Source: a candidate division FCPU426 bacterium (GTDB lineage Bacteria > Oederibacteriota > PGYV01 > Palsa-1178). From it: 64,000 nt of DNA. The notes under the pieces are model-generated. The model made no database searches. It was not told the origin of the DNA and saw only the letters and a program-made list of their open reading frames with translations. A program made the position numbers and the translations under genes. This document shows positions 31,331 through 41,963 of the stretch, one piece after another. The stretch lies in assembly GCA_963840035.1 (NCBI GenBank), contig CAWIXE010000002.1:448001-512000 (forward strand), read 5' to 3'. Within the stretch, counting starts at the first letter, position 1; every line of letters begins with the position of its first letter.

Positions 31331-32442
31331 AGATAAAGATACCGTTCGCGGATATTTTAAAAGGCTATTATAAGAACTTCAACATACCGCTGCTCATAAC
31401 GACGCTTCTGCTTATGGTTGTGGGGGCGGCGGCGGTTTACAGCGCCACAGGCACGTCAGGGAACCCGTTTTTTGCCAAGCAGATTGTGTGGTATGTGGTG
31501 GGTTTTGCCCTGATGATGTTGATTGCCAACATGAATTATAACGGCTTCATCGGTTTGGCCAATCACCTTTACATATTTTTTGTATTTCTGCTGCTCGTGG
31601 TGCTGATATTCGGGCACGCCACGCTCGGGGCCACGCGCTGGCTTAAGATATTTGGCTTTCAGTTCCAGCCAAGCGAATTCATGAAGATAATTATTCCGCT
31701 GGTGCTTATAAGGTTCATGCTGGTTACGCAAAGAGAAAGTTTCGAGGCGAAAAACCTGCTGAAAATGGCAGCCCTTGTGGGAATTCCGCTGATACTTATT
31801 TTAAAACAGCCGGACCTTGGGACATCGCTTATAATAATACCTCTTATAATCATCATACTTTTTATGGGTAACATTCCGGCAAAAAAGCTCATGACAATTG
31901 TGTTTCTGGGATTGCTTGCTGTGCCTGTGGCATATCTTTTCCTTCATGATTATCAGCGCGAGAGGATAGACGTATTCATCAATCCCATGATAGACCCTCA
32001 GGGCGCGGGTTATAACGTAATTCAGTCACAGATAGCCATAGGTTCCGGACAGATGCTGGGAAAAGGCTGGGCGCAGGGCACGCAAAGCCAGCTGAACTTC
32101 ATTCCCATTAAATACACGGATTTTATATTCGCCGTCATATCGGAGGAATTCGGATTTTTGGGGAGTTTCCTGGTGCTGCTGATATACTACCTTCTTATAA
32201 TGGAAGGTTTGAAAATCGTCAAACTATGCAGGTATTCGGCGGGAAAAATGCTGGGTTCAGCCTTAACCGGGGTCATTTTCCTGCAGGTTTTCATAAATGT
32301 GGGCATGAACATAGGGATAATGCCTGTTACAGGAATAACATTACCGCTGTTAAGTTATGGGGGGTCGTCGGTGCTTGTCATCATGATAATAATCGGGATA
32401 CTCCAGAACATTTACAGGGAATACATAAAAGTAGAGGAGTAA
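31327..32442 (+). CDS. rodA: Rod shape-determining SEDS protein RodA
   Basis: GATRW, QPSEF, QPDLGT, TDFIF, EEFG, GITLPLLSYGGSS. Confidence 0.96.
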   Translation: MKIKIPFADILKGYYKNFNIPLLITTLLLMVVGAAAVYSATGTSGNPFFAKQIVWYVVGFALMMLIANMNYNGFIGLANHLYIFFVFLLLVVLIFGHATLGATRWLKIFGFQFQPSEFMKIIIPLVLIRFMLVTQRESFEAKNLLKMAALVGIPLILILKQPDLGTSLIIIPLIIIILFMGNIPAKKLMTIVFLGLLAVPVAYLFLHDYQRERIDVFINPMIDPQGAGYNVIQSQIAIGSGQMLGKGWAQGTQSQLNFIPIKYTDFIFAVISEEFGFLGSFLVLLIYYLLIMEGLKIVKLCRYSAGKMLGSALTGVIFLQVFINVGMNIGIMPVTGITLPLLSYGGSSVLVIMIIIGILQNIYREYIKVEE

Positions 32443-32443
32443 C

Positions 32444-33916
32444 ATGAAAAGCATATACATCAACTGCGAGGATTTTGACACAAATGTAGCCATTGCCGAG
32501 GACGGCAGGATAGTAAACTATTTCACGGAAAAAAATATTTACGCCAACAACGGAAATGTCTACAAGGGGAAGATCTCAAAAGTGGTTTCAAACATGAATT
32601 TTGTCTTTGTCGAGATAGGCGACGACAAACCGGCGTTCCTTTCGGAAAAGGAATATTTTGACCAGTCCGGAGAAGGCTCCAGGGAGGAATTCGGGCAGGA
32701 TGACGGCGAGGCCGCGTCCAAACCGGCGGAAAACATCGCGTTACAGTTCAAAAAAGGCCAGGAAATTATGGTGCAGGTCATAAAGGAACCGTACAATACA
32801 AAAGGGGCCAGGCTTACTACGAACGTATCGCTGCCCGGGCAGCATATTGTTTTCGCGCCGTTTTTAAGGCATGTCGGCGTTTCAAAAAGAATTACAAACG
32901 AATCTGAGCGTTTCAGGCTTAAAAAATCAATGCGCGCCTTAAAGGATTCGCTTGGCGGAGAGTTTGGAATCATAGTAAGAACTAACGCGGAAGGGGTTGA
33001 TACCGCGGAGCTCGAGAGCGAAGTCAGGCACTATTTCCGCGAGTGGGAGCGCATAAAGGCGGAATTCAAGAAACAAAGGCCGCCAAAGCTTCTGTACCGT
33101 GAGCAGGACCTCGCGATAAAGGTCTTAAGGGAATATGTGACCGATGCCGTGGATGAGATTATAACGGACAGCGAAACGGTTCATGACGAAGTGAAAAGGT
33201 ATATGGAGGAGAAGTCAAAGAAGTCGGCTGAGGCGCTTTACTACGGCGGGGCTGACCACATATTCAACTATTATAAAATATCACAGCAGGTTGACGGGAT
33301 TTTCAATAATATCGTTTCATTTAAAAAAGGCGGCTATATTAAGATTGATGTGACTGAAGCACTGACCGTTATTGACATTAACAGCGGAAAATTCAAGGGA
33401 GCGGAGGATGTTGAGAATTCCATCCTGAACCTGAACATGAACGCCGCCAGGGAAGTGGCCAGGCAGATAGTGCTGCGCAATATCGGCGGGCTTATCGTAG
33501 TTGATTTCATAGACATGCACGAGTATGAAAACAGGAAAAAAGTAAAAGCTGTCATGGACGAGGAACTGGCCAAGTCAAAAATGTATTTTAAGACGCTTGA
33601 GATAAGCGAATACGGCCTGATGGAAATAACGAGAAAACGCGATTCAAAAAGGGTCGAGGACATATACTTTATGGAATGCCCGCGGTGCGCCGGAAGGGGC
33701 AGGATCTTAAATGAGGAATCAGTCTGCATCAACCTCCTCAAAAAGATAAAATACGAATGCAGAAAGGAACGCGGCAGGAATGTCTCTGTTTTATCGGACG
33801 CAAACACAAAAAGGCTTGTGGAAAAGAACTACAAGGAGAAATTACGCGAGTATGAGAGGATGTATAATAAAAAAGTTAATATAAAAATAGGGGAAATAAA
33901 GGAGGTGCGTATATGA
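32444..33916 (+). CDS. rng: Ribonuclease E/G family
   Basis: S1 domain; KGARLT, EALTVIDINSG, LRNIGGLIVVDFIDM, CPRC. Confidence 0.93.
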   Translation: MKSIYINCEDFDTNVAIAEDGRIVNYFTEKNIYANNGNVYKGKISKVVSNMNFVFVEIGDDKPAFLSEKEYFDQSGEGSREEFGQDDGEAASKPAENIALQFKKGQEIMVQVIKEPYNTKGARLTTNVSLPGQHIVFAPFLRHVGVSKRITNESERFRLKKSMRALKDSLGGEFGIIVRTNAEGVDTAELESEVRHYFREWERIKAEFKKQRPPKLLYREQDLAIKVLREYVTDAVDEIITDSETVHDEVKRYMEEKSKKSAEALYYGGADHIFNYYKISQQVDGIFNNIVSFKKGGYIKIDVTEALTVIDINSGKFKGAEDVENSILNLNMNAAREVARQIVLRNIGGLIVVDFIDMHEYENRKKVKAVMDEELAKSKMYFKTLEISEYGLMEITRKRDSKRVEDIYFMECPRCAGRGRILNEESVCINLLKKIKYECRKERGRNVSVLSDANTKRLVEKNYKEKLREYERMYNKKVNIKIGEIKEVRI

Positions 33917-34884
33917 TAGTGGTGACAGGAGCCGCCGGATTTATCGGAAGCGCCATAGTCAAGGAGCTGAATGTAAGGGGCAACGCGGACATTCACTGCG
34001 TAGACTGGCTGCGGGATGACAATAAGTGGAGGAACTTAAACGGCCTTAAATTTGACGATTATGAGGAAAAGGACGCGTTTTTAAAACGGGTCCTTTTTGA
34101 CGACCCGGTCTTAAGGGGTTCGGTTACCGGAGTGATACATATGGGGGCGTGCAGCTCAACTACGGAAAAAGACGCCTCTTTTCTCATGGAAAACAATTAT
34201 AAATACACCCAGGTGCTGGCAAAATGGTGCGTAAGAAACGGGAAAAAGTTTGTATACGCGTCGTCGGCAGCCACTTATGGCGACGGGGCTAACGGATTTG
34301 ATGACAGCCATGATTCAATTGAGTCCTTAAGGCCTCTTAACATGTACGGTTATTCAAAACAGCTCTTTGATGTCTGGGCAATGAAAAAATCCATGCTCGA
34401 CAAGATTGCCGGCGTAAAGTTCTTTAATGTCTTCGGCCCCAATGAATACCACAAAGACGACATGAGAAGCGTCGTGGTAAAGGCGTTTGAACAGATAAGG
34501 GACACTGGTAAAATGAAGCTTTTTAAGTCTTATAACAAGGAATACAGGGACGGGGAACAGATGAGGGATTTTATTTATGTTAAGGACGCAGTGAAAATGA
34601 CGCTGCACATATACGATTCCGGCCTTGCCGGGATTTACAATGTGGGCGGGGGAAAAGCGCGCACTTGGAACGATCTTGTAAAAGCTGTTTTCTCCGCGGC
34701 GGGTAAAAAGGAACACATTGAGTATACGGAGATGCCTGAATCAATACGTGATAAATACCAGTACTTTACACAGGCAAAGACGGAAAAGATCATGAAGACA
34801 TATAAGGAAAAAATGATGAGCCTTGAAGAGGGCGTCGCGGATTACGTTAAAAATTACCTGATTGACGGGGAAAGAACACTTTAA
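33913..34884 (+). CDS. hldD: ADP-L-glycero-D-manno-heptose 6-epimerase
   Basis: TGAAGFIGS, GACSSTT, YASSAATYG, YGYSK, FNVFGPNEYHK. Confidence 0.95.
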   Translation: MIVVTGAAGFIGSAIVKELNVRGNADIHCVDWLRDDNKWRNLNGLKFDDYEEKDAFLKRVLFDDPVLRGSVTGVIHMGACSSTTEKDASFLMENNYKYTQVLAKWCVRNGKKFVYASSAATYGDGANGFDDSHDSIESLRPLNMYGYSKQLFDVWAMKKSMLDKIAGVKFFNVFGPNEYHKDDMRSVVVKAFEQIRDTGKMKLFKSYNKEYRDGEQMRDFIYVKDAVKMTLHIYDSGLAGIYNVGGGKARTWNDLVKAVFSAAGKKEHIEYTEMPESIRDKYQYFTQAKTEKIMKTYKEKMMSLEEGVADYVKNYLIDGERTL

Positions 34885-34974
34885 CTCAAAACGCAAAAGT
34901 CAAAATTCAAAAGTAAAACAAAGGCTTAATTTCGCCCCGCTTTTGATTTTTGAGGTTTGATTTTTAAACTTTCA
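34884..34974. repeat. Heptamer inverted array, family C variant
   Basis: actcaaa acgcaaa agtcaaa attcaaa agtaaaa ... tttgatt tttgagg tttgatt tttaaac tttca. Confidence 0.82.
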
Positions 34975-34985
34975 CGGGAGGTTCT

Positions 34986-35300
34986 ATGAAAAAGTTTGTG
35001 GTGATACTGGTACTGATACTTGCAGGATGGTTTGTGTACACAAAGTTCGCGCCCAAGGAAACAAAGGAGAATAACGCGGTTATAAGTTACGCGGACAACC
35101 TGAAAACAAGCGAGGAAAAAGCCTCGGCAGCAAAAAACACCGCTGATGTCGCGGTGCTTCAGAACGCCGTTAACTCGTTTAAGGGAGCTGAAGGAAGGTA
35201 TCCGGCAACACTCCAGGAGCTTGTTGAAAAGAATTACATAGGCAGGGTGCCGTCCGGCGATTATAAGTATGACGCGCTCTCCGGAAGCGTATCGGAATGA
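34986..35300 (+). CDS. Small membrane-anchored protein with pilin/GspG-like C-terminal motif
   Basis: N-terminal TM; LQNAVNSF...GRYPATLQELV...Y motif. Confidence 0.7.
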   Translation: MKKFVVILVLILAGWFVYTKFAPKETKENNAVISYADNLKTSEEKASAAKNTADVAVLQNAVNSFKGAEGRYPATLQELVEKNYIGRVPSGDYKYDALSGSVSE

Positions 35301-35329
35301 TTTCCAGGCGGTTGTGATAAGGGGGGAGA

Positions 35330-35836
35330 TTGAAACCAGAAAAGAGACCTGAAAATAGCGGCATAAATAAAGAGTTCATACCGGTCATATTCATACTGGC
35401 TACTCCTGCGCTGGCTTTCATGAACGGTTTCGGCGTAAGGACGGCTTCTTTTGGATTTGACCTGTATTACATACTGCCGGCTGTTTTTGGAGTGATAATG
35501 TGTTTTATTAACAGGATAAAACTTACCATGAAATATGAATTTGCCCTGTTGCTTGTGCTTGAAATAGTCATAAATATCCCTTACATGAAGGCGGATAATT
35601 ATTTTAACGGAAATTACATATATTTAATAATAACATATTCGCTCATCATCATGTTCCTGCTCATGATGGGCTTATCGTTCGCCGTAAATAATCCGTTTTA
35701 TATAAACTATTACATATCGGATAAAAAGCCCTATGTAATGATATACAGGCTGATAGCCGCTTTCTTTCTGGGAATACTGGCATATCACGTATATCTTTTT
35801 ACAAAGATCCTGGACATACTTAAAATCGCATTCTAA
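35330..35836 (+). CDS. Hypothetical integral membrane protein
   Basis: TTG start after GGGGGAG; about 5 hydrophobic segments. Confidence 0.65.
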   Translation: MKPEKRPENSGINKEFIPVIFILATPALAFMNGFGVRTASFGFDLYYILPAVFGVIMCFINRIKLTMKYEFALLLVLEIVINIPYMKADNYFNGNYIYLIITYSLIIMFLLMMGLSFAVNNPFYINYYISDKKPYVMIYRLIAAFFLGILAYHVYLFTKILDILKIAF

Positions 35837-35870
35837 TTCCTATTATCTTAATTGCTTTTCCATATTTTTG

Positions 35871-35899
35871 TTTACAAAACACTGTTTCGGACTTATAAT
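35871..35899 (+). promoter_or_regulatory. Sigma70-type promoter of pta-ackA
   Basis: TTTACA-17 nt-TATAAT. Confidence 0.6.
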
Positions 35900-35949
35900 G
35901 ATTTCAGTCAATTTTTAACAAAATCCCTTATATATGAAAGGAGTTTTTA

Positions 35950-36954
35950 ATGGCTTCATTCATGGAAACTGTTTATGAAAAAGCAAAAAAATCCCCAAAA
36001 AGAGTAGTGCTCCCCGAAGGAAATGACGAGAGGACGGTTGAAGCCGCTGTAAAAGCCACGCAATTAGGAGTGGCAAAAGTCGCCATGATAGGGGACCTTT
36101 CAAAAATGAAGGAAATCGCAAAAAATAAAGGGCTGTCGCTGGACGGCGTCGACCTCATAGACCTAAATAACCTTCCGGATATTGACGCGTACGCGAAAGA
36201 TTTTTTTGACATAAGGAAAGGCAAATGCGCCACCATGGAAGAAGCCATGGCAACAATGAAAAGGGATGTATATTACGGCGCCATGATGGTAAGAAAAGGC
36301 CTCGCCGACACGTTTGTAGCGGGAGCTGTAAATACCACGGCGGATGTGTCGCGCGCCGCAATATACCTCATAGGCATGAAACCCGGCATAAAAACCCTGT
36401 CCAGTTTTTTTGTGATGATTCTTCCGGACAAGTCATTTGGAAAAGACGGCATTCTTTTTTATTCTGACGGAGGCTTTGTCATAGACCCGAACGACGAACA
36501 GCTTGCTGACATAGCGGTCACGACGGGCGCCACATACAGGGAATTAATCGGTGAGGAACCTAACGTGGCCATGCTTTCATTCTCTACAAAAGGCAGCGCA
36601 AAACACGAGCGCATTGATAAGGTGACAAGGGCGCTCGCGCTGGCAAAAGCAAAAGACCCTTCATTGAACATAGACGGCGAGCTGCAGGGTGACGCTGCGC
36701 TCATACCGGCTGTCGGCGCGAAAAAAGCGCCAGGGTCGGCAGTTGCAGGAAAGGCGAATGTCCTTATATTCCCGGACCTTGATTCAGGGAATATCGCGTA
36801 TAAACTCACTGAAAGGCTTGCAAAGGCCGAAGCTTATGGCCCAATTTATCAGGGTACGGCAAAGCCGGTCAGCGACTTATCCCGCGGATGCAAAGCCTCG
36901 GATATCCTGAACGTCGCGGCGATAAATGTGGTAAGGCTGCAGAATAGCAAATAA
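35950..36954 (+). CDS. pta: Phosphate acetyltransferase
   Basis: LPEGND, AMLSFSTKGS, DGELQGDAA, FPDLDSGNIAYK, DLSRG. Confidence 0.97.
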   Translation: MASFMETVYEKAKKSPKRVVLPEGNDERTVEAAVKATQLGVAKVAMIGDLSKMKEIAKNKGLSLDGVDLIDLNNLPDIDAYAKDFFDIRKGKCATMEEAMATMKRDVYYGAMMVRKGLADTFVAGAVNTTADVSRAAIYLIGMKPGIKTLSSFFVMILPDKSFGKDGILFYSDGGFVIDPNDEQLADIAVTTGATYRELIGEEPNVAMLSFSTKGSAKHERIDKVTRALALAKAKDPSLNIDGELQGDAALIPAVGAKKAPGSAVAGKANVLIFPDLDSGNIAYKLTERLAKAEAYGPIYQGTAKPVSDLSRGCKASDILNVAAINVVRLQNSK

Positions 36955-36958
36955 GAAA

Positions 36959-37047
36959 GAGGTTAAGAGACAAGAGTTAGGAGACAGGAGTAATTCGTTT
37001 AGATTTCCTGCCTTACTTTTGTCTCCAGTCTCTTGTCTCTTAAACTC
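36959..37047. repeat. Heptamer inverted array, family E (AGACAAG/CTTGTCT)
   Basis: ggttaag agacaag agttagg agacagg ... tttgtct ccagtct cttgtct cttaaac; outer 18 nt match 17/18 as an inverted repeat. Confidence 0.88.
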
Positions 37048-37085
37048 AAAGGCATAAAATATACAACAACACAACGGAGGCTCTT

Positions 37086-38312
37086 ATGAAGGTAATGGTC
37101 ATTAATTGCGGAAGCTCTTCCCTGAAATTTAAGCTTTATGATATGGAGAAGACAAACACTGTAATAGCCGAGGGCGTTATTGAGGAAATCGGAAAGGACA
37201 AATCTAAGTTTAAGTATAAATCAAAGCACATGAAAAAAGATGAGGAAGCGGTCAGGGACGTGGAGGCAAAGGACCATACTCAGGCCGTGGACCAGGTAAC
37301 AAAGATCCTGCTGGACCCGAAAATAGGGGTTTTTAAGGATAAAATTGAAGTTGACGCGGTAGGGCACAGGGTAGTACATGGCGGTGAAAAATTCTCAAAG
37401 TCCGCGCTGATTACAAAGGGCGTCAAAGAGGTCATAAAGGACTGTTTTGAGATAGCTCCGCTCCATAATCCGCCGAATTTTTCCGGAATAGAAGCCTGTG
37501 AAGCAATCTTTCCCGGGATACCTCAGGTTGCCATATTTGACACCGCGTTCCATCAGACCATGAAAAAGGAAGCCTACATTTACGGGCTGCCTTATGAGCT
37601 TTATGAGCGTTATCATATCAGGAAATACGGCTTTCACGGGACTTCACATGAATATGTATCACAGAGGGCCGCGGATTTCCTGAAAAAGGACATAAAAAAA
37701 CTTAAAATAGTTACCTGCCACCTGGGAAACGGAGCGAGCATAACAGCCGTTAAAAACGGCCTCTCAGTAGATACCTCCATGGGTTTGACACCGCTTGAAG
37801 GGCTTGTAATGGGCACCCGGTGCGGGGACATGGACCCGGCTGTGGTAACGTTCCTGATGAAAAAAGAGCATTTAAGCGCGGATGACATAGACGGCCTGCT
37901 GAATAAAAAGAGCGGTCTAAAAGGAATATCGGGAGTTTCCAATGACCTGCGCGAGATAATGGAAGCGGCAGCCCACGGCAACGACAGGGCACAGTTCGCT
38001 ATCGATATTTTCTGCTACAGGATAACCAAGTATATCGGCTCATATGCGGCGGCAATGGGCGGGCTGGATGCGGTAGTGTTTACAGGCGGCATCGGAGAGA
38101 ACGCGGTAGATGTAAGGATGAAAGTTATGGAGCCGCTCGGATTTATGGGGATAAAACTGGATCCGGCAAAGAATAAGTCAAAAGAAAAGGAAAAGATAGT
38201 CTCGTCGGTGGGTTCAAGGGTAAAAGTGCTTGTTGTCCCGACGAACGAAGAGCTTATGATAGCTTTAAAGACAAAGTATGTCGTGAATGAGTCGGGTAAT
38301 ATTTACAGATAA
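37086..38312 (+). CDS. ackA: Acetate kinase
   Basis: INCGSSSLK, GHRVVHGG, APLHNP, YGFHGTSH, HLGNG, FTGGIGEN, PTNEE. Confidence 0.98.
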   Translation: MKVMVINCGSSSLKFKLYDMEKTNTVIAEGVIEEIGKDKSKFKYKSKHMKKDEEAVRDVEAKDHTQAVDQVTKILLDPKIGVFKDKIEVDAVGHRVVHGGEKFSKSALITKGVKEVIKDCFEIAPLHNPPNFSGIEACEAIFPGIPQVAIFDTAFHQTMKKEAYIYGLPYELYERYHIRKYGFHGTSHEYVSQRAADFLKKDIKKLKIVTCHLGNGASITAVKNGLSVDTSMGLTPLEGLVMGTRCGDMDPAVVTFLMKKEHLSADDIDGLLNKKSGLKGISGVSNDLREIMEAAAHGNDRAQFAIDIFCYRITKYIGSYAAAMGGLDAVVFTGGIGENAVDVRMKVMEPLGFMGIKLDPAKNKSKEKEKIVSSVGSRVKVLVVPTNEELMIALKTKYVVNESGNIYR

Positions 38313-38316
38313 ATAC

Positions 38317-38402
38317 GTGGCGGGTGACGGGTGCTAAGTGATATGTGCCGGATACTGGTTTTTGGTTGTTCCACTTTGTACTCACCACTCGCCACTTACC
38401 AC
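38317..38402. repeat. Heptamer inverted array, family A
   Basis: gtggcgg gtgacgg gtgctaa gtgatat gtg ... cactttg tactcac cactcgc cacttac cac. Confidence 0.85.
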
Positions 38403-38419
38403 TTTTATTGGACTTTGTC

Positions 38420-39307
38420 ATGCCAACTGTTATAACCCTCGGGGAGATCCTCGCTGATTTTGTGCCTGAAGGCAAAGGGCATGCGCTTAGGCCCGGCGGA
38501 GCTCCTTCAAATGTGGCTGTGAACCTGGCCAGGCTCGGCGTCAAATCAGGTATAATTTCAAAAATCGGAGTTGATCCTCTCGGCAGTTTTCTTAAAAAAT
38601 TCCTCAAAGCAAACAAGGTTGATACCTCAAATGTCTTTACGACAAAAAAAGCAAAAACAGGGCTTGTACTGGTATTTTTAGACGAAAAAGGTGAAAGCGG
38701 TTTTTCATTTTACGGCGATCCGGCCGCTGATAAATACCTCTCATCCGCTGAAATCAACCCGGAATACATTAGAACCTGTTCGGTATTCCACTTCGGGTCG
38801 ATAAGCATGATGCATCCGGTATCAGCCGCGGCTACCATGAAAGCCATACGCATTGCGCGGCGCATGGGAAAGCTTGTTTCTTATGACCCCAATGTAAGGC
38901 TTAACCTGTGGAAGGGCAGGCATGCGCAGGCCAGAAAAATGATGAGAAGTTTTTTTAAATACGCCGATATAATAAAAATCAACGAAAAAGAATTAAAATT
39001 TATTTTTGGCGTAAAACCGGACGCGAAAAAACTTAAACAAATTTTCAGCCCGGGGCAGCTTGTGTATATAAGCGCCGGGGCAAAAGGCTGTTATGTTTAC
39101 CATGACGGATTTTTCGCGGCTGTTAAAGGGTTTAAAGCCAGGGCAGTTGATACGACCGGCGCCGGGGACGCGTTTATGTCAGGGGTGCTTTACGGAATTA
39201 TAAAACGGTCATTAAAACTTTCATTTTCAAAAAAAGAAATGATTGGCATTGCTGTTTTTGCCAACAAAATGGGCAGCGCGGCCGTTAAGCATAAAGGGGC
39301 TGTTTAG
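38420..39307 (+). CDS. PfkB-family carbohydrate kinase (fructokinase-like)
   Basis: GGAPSNVAV, YDPNVR, DTTGAGDAF. Confidence 0.92.
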   Translation: MPTVITLGEILADFVPEGKGHALRPGGAPSNVAVNLARLGVKSGIISKIGVDPLGSFLKKFLKANKVDTSNVFTTKKAKTGLVLVFLDEKGESGFSFYGDPAADKYLSSAEINPEYIRTCSVFHFGSISMMHPVSAAATMKAIRIARRMGKLVSYDPNVRLNLWKGRHAQARKMMRSFFKYADIIKINEKELKFIFGVKPDAKKLKQIFSPGQLVYISAGAKGCYVYHDGFFAAVKGFKARAVDTTGAGDAFMSGVLYGIIKRSLKLSFSKKEMIGIAVFANKMGSAAVKHKGAV

Positions 39308-39336
39308 AGGCGTTTTAAAAGAAAATTCAGATAAAT

Positions 39337-39365
39337 TTGACTTTGATGGTTTCGTTGGCTATACT
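39337..39365 (+). promoter_or_regulatory. Sigma70-type promoter of the methyltransferase/Sia-like operon
   Basis: TTGACT-17 nt-TATACT. Confidence 0.65.
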
Positions 39366-39520
39366 TATTGTGTAAGAAAAAACACACCTGACTAAAAAGA
39401 TTGCCCACAGTATATAAAAAACATCTGATTTCATTTACCGCTCAAAAACTTAACCGCTATCCGACAAAACTTACTTTAAAGAATTATGTCTTTAAATATC
39501 ATTCGTGTCCGGGGGGGCCT

Positions 39521-40522
39521 ATGAACGGAAAAACAAATACTGACCTGATGGAAGTGGTTAATTCACTGGGTGAAGCATGGACATTCTCGCTTATTACTGC
39601 CGGTTTAAATTCCGGTATTTTTTCAGCCCTTAATGATTCCAGGCCGGTTTCTGTGGAATCATTGGCGTTGAAACTGAAATATGACCCTGAAAAACTTGAT
39701 AAATGGTTCTATTTCTGCGAAAACGCCGGGTATGTCGCAAGGAAAGACGGGGGATATGTAATCACGCCAAAAACCGCGGTATTTATGCCTGATTCACCTT
39801 ATAAAGACATAATAGGTTTTGCCAGGCTCAATGATTTCTTTATGCGGGCGGCTGTAAATTCCTCGGAATGCTTCAGGAAAAATAACAGCCTTGATAAACT
39901 CACCGAAGGAAAAATCACGCGCGACTACCAGCCGAACGTAAGCGACAACCTTTCTGCTGAGCTTATTAAATTCTTTCACCAATATAACATGGGCGAAAAT
40001 GACAGCCTGATCGATATCGGCTGCGGCATAGGCGCGTTCGCAAGGTCCGTGGCAAAACAGCTTCCCGGCTTAAAAATAACAGGGTTTGATTCCAATTTGT
40101 TTGCCATTGAATGGGCAAAAAAGGAAAACAAGCAGCTCGGCCTTTCAGACCGCATAAAGATGGTGGTAGGTAACGCCCTCGAAGACCTGGGGGATTTCGC
40201 TGATAAATCTTTTGACTGGGTAATGGCGATAAATGTTTTTCACTTTTATCCTGTCGAGCACAGGGAAGCGCTTATAGACCAGATGATAAGGATATCAAAA
40301 AGGGGGACGTTTTTTACAGAAATCATTGCGGAGAAGACGAGGATTTCATTCGCTGCAGACCCTCTGATGTCTCTATTGTGGAATGATTTTACGGGGTTTT
40401 TCAGGGAAGCGGACGCTGAAAAACTTAACGCCAGCGTTCAGAAAAAACATCCTGAGGCGGTATTTGAAAAGCACAGCATTCTGCAGGGTTCAAGCTACCT
40501 GATGGCAGTCATTAAAAAATAA
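39521..40522 (+). CDS. Class I SAM-dependent methyltransferase with N-terminal winged-helix/dimerisation domain
   Basis: GIFSAL...VESLA helix-turn-helix; IDIGCGIG, GFD and FDWV motifs. Confidence 0.85.
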   Translation: MNGKTNTDLMEVVNSLGEAWTFSLITAGLNSGIFSALNDSRPVSVESLALKLKYDPEKLDKWFYFCENAGYVARKDGGYVITPKTAVFMPDSPYKDIIGFARLNDFFMRAAVNSSECFRKNNSLDKLTEGKITRDYQPNVSDNLSAELIKFFHQYNMGENDSLIDIGCGIGAFARSVAKQLPGLKITGFDSNLFAIEWAKKENKQLGLSDRIKMVVGNALEDLGDFADKSFDWVMAINVFHFYPVEHREALIDQMIRISKRGTFFTEIIAEKTRISFAADPLMSLLWNDFTGFFREADAEKLNASVQKKHPEAVFEKHSILQGSSYLMAVIKK

Positions 40523-40542
40523 CCGACAGGATAGGGGAATTC

Positions 40543-41949
40543 ATGATACTGGACATGTTGCTTAATCTAGGGGTTAAAGAGGGATATGACCTTCATAAAA
40601 TAAGGCTGATGAGGCAGATAAACGGCCTTAACCTGTTCTATACGGCGATAGCCGGGTCAGTTTCCATCATTTTTATTTTCATACGGTCATCACCGGTTTT
40701 AGCGACAGTGCAGGTCGCCGCAACTTTCCTGTATATGTTAAATCTCATATTAAACTCGGCAGGCAAGCTTAGGCTGACATCAAACCTGACCATATACCTG
40801 TTTGAAACTCAGATGTTTGTTGTGATGCTTTACACGAACGCCTGGCACAGCGCCGCGCTTAACCTAATAATACTGTACCCTCTACTGGCGGCGTTATGTG
40901 AGGTTTCCATTACACTGCACATGGTCAACGCGCTTGGACAGGCAATGGCGCTTTACCTCATTCACAGGTTCGCGCCGGGAGTGGAACAGTATTTTGTCTC
41001 GGCAGGGGGCGTAAATGAAATGGCAGGAGAAGTGCTTATGGTGATGGCCGGGACATATACGCCTGTCATGGCAGCGGTTATCATAGGCATTATATATAAT
41101 GAAAATTTAAGGGCCAGGCGCAAGCAGAAGGAGATGCTGGCCGAGATATCCGACGCTAACAGGCAGCTTGAAACATACGCAAACCAGCTGAAGGATGAAA
41201 CGCAGAGGTTAAAAACCGAAATCAGCATAGCAAAACGCATACAGACCATGGTGCTTCCGTCCGAGGAAGAGGTTGCCATGGTCAATGATCTTGACATAGC
41301 CTGCATCATGAGGACGGCCACGGAAGTTGGCGGCGATTATTACGATGTGATAAAAATCGGGAATAAAATAACCATAGGCATGGGCGATGTCACAGGGCAC
41401 GGCTTGTCAAGCGGTTTGATAATGCTCATGGCCCAGACAGCCATAAGGACGCTGGCCGAAATGAAGGTCGTGCTGCCTTCGGAGTACCTTGAGGTAATAA
41501 ACAGGGTGCTCCACGCGAACATCAGCAGGATAAAGGATAACAGGAGTATGACGCTTATAATACTGAATTATGAAAACGGGAAATATACCGTATCCGGACA
41601 GCATGAATCCATAGCCATCTGCAGGAACAACGGGGAAATTGACCTCATTGATACCATGGATAACGGTTTTTACGTGGGCATGACGCTCGAACCTGCCGTA
41701 AAATTCAATAATACTTCGCTTAAGATGGAAAAAGGCGATGTCATGATGCTGTATTCTGACGGCGTTACGGAGGCGGAAAATGAGGAGAAAACGCAGTTTG
41801 GCCTGGAAAATTTGTGCGCGACACTGCGTAAATATCACGCCCTAACCGCGGAGCAGATAAAAAACAAGTTCATGAAGGACCTATATAATTATATGGGGGA
41901 ATCCGAAATATATGACGACATTTCAATGGTCGTTATAAAACAAAAATAG
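40543..41949 (+). CDS. Membrane sensor plus PP2C/SpoIIE phosphatase (SiaA/IcfG-like)
   Basis: About 5-6 TM; coiled coil; EVGGDYYD, GDVTGHG, YSDGVTE, DDIS. Confidence 0.9.
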   Translation: MILDMLLNLGVKEGYDLHKIRLMRQINGLNLFYTAIAGSVSIIFIFIRSSPVLATVQVAATFLYMLNLILNSAGKLRLTSNLTIYLFETQMFVVMLYTNAWHSAALNLIILYPLLAALCEVSITLHMVNALGQAMALYLIHRFAPGVEQYFVSAGGVNEMAGEVLMVMAGTYTPVMAAVIIGIIYNENLRARRKQKEMLAEISDANRQLETYANQLKDETQRLKTEISIAKRIQTMVLPSEEEVAMVNDLDIACIMRTATEVGGDYYDVIKIGNKITIGMGDVTGHGLSSGLIMLMAQTAIRTLAEMKVVLPSEYLEVINRVLHANISRIKDNRSMTLIILNYENGKYTVSGQHESIAICRNNGEIDLIDTMDNGFYVGMTLEPAVKFNNTSLKMEKGDVMMLYSDGVTEAENEEKTQFGLENLCATLRKYHALTAEQIKNKFMKDLYNYMGESEIYDDISMVVIKQK

Positions 41950-41963
41950 CGGGGTGGAGTGCC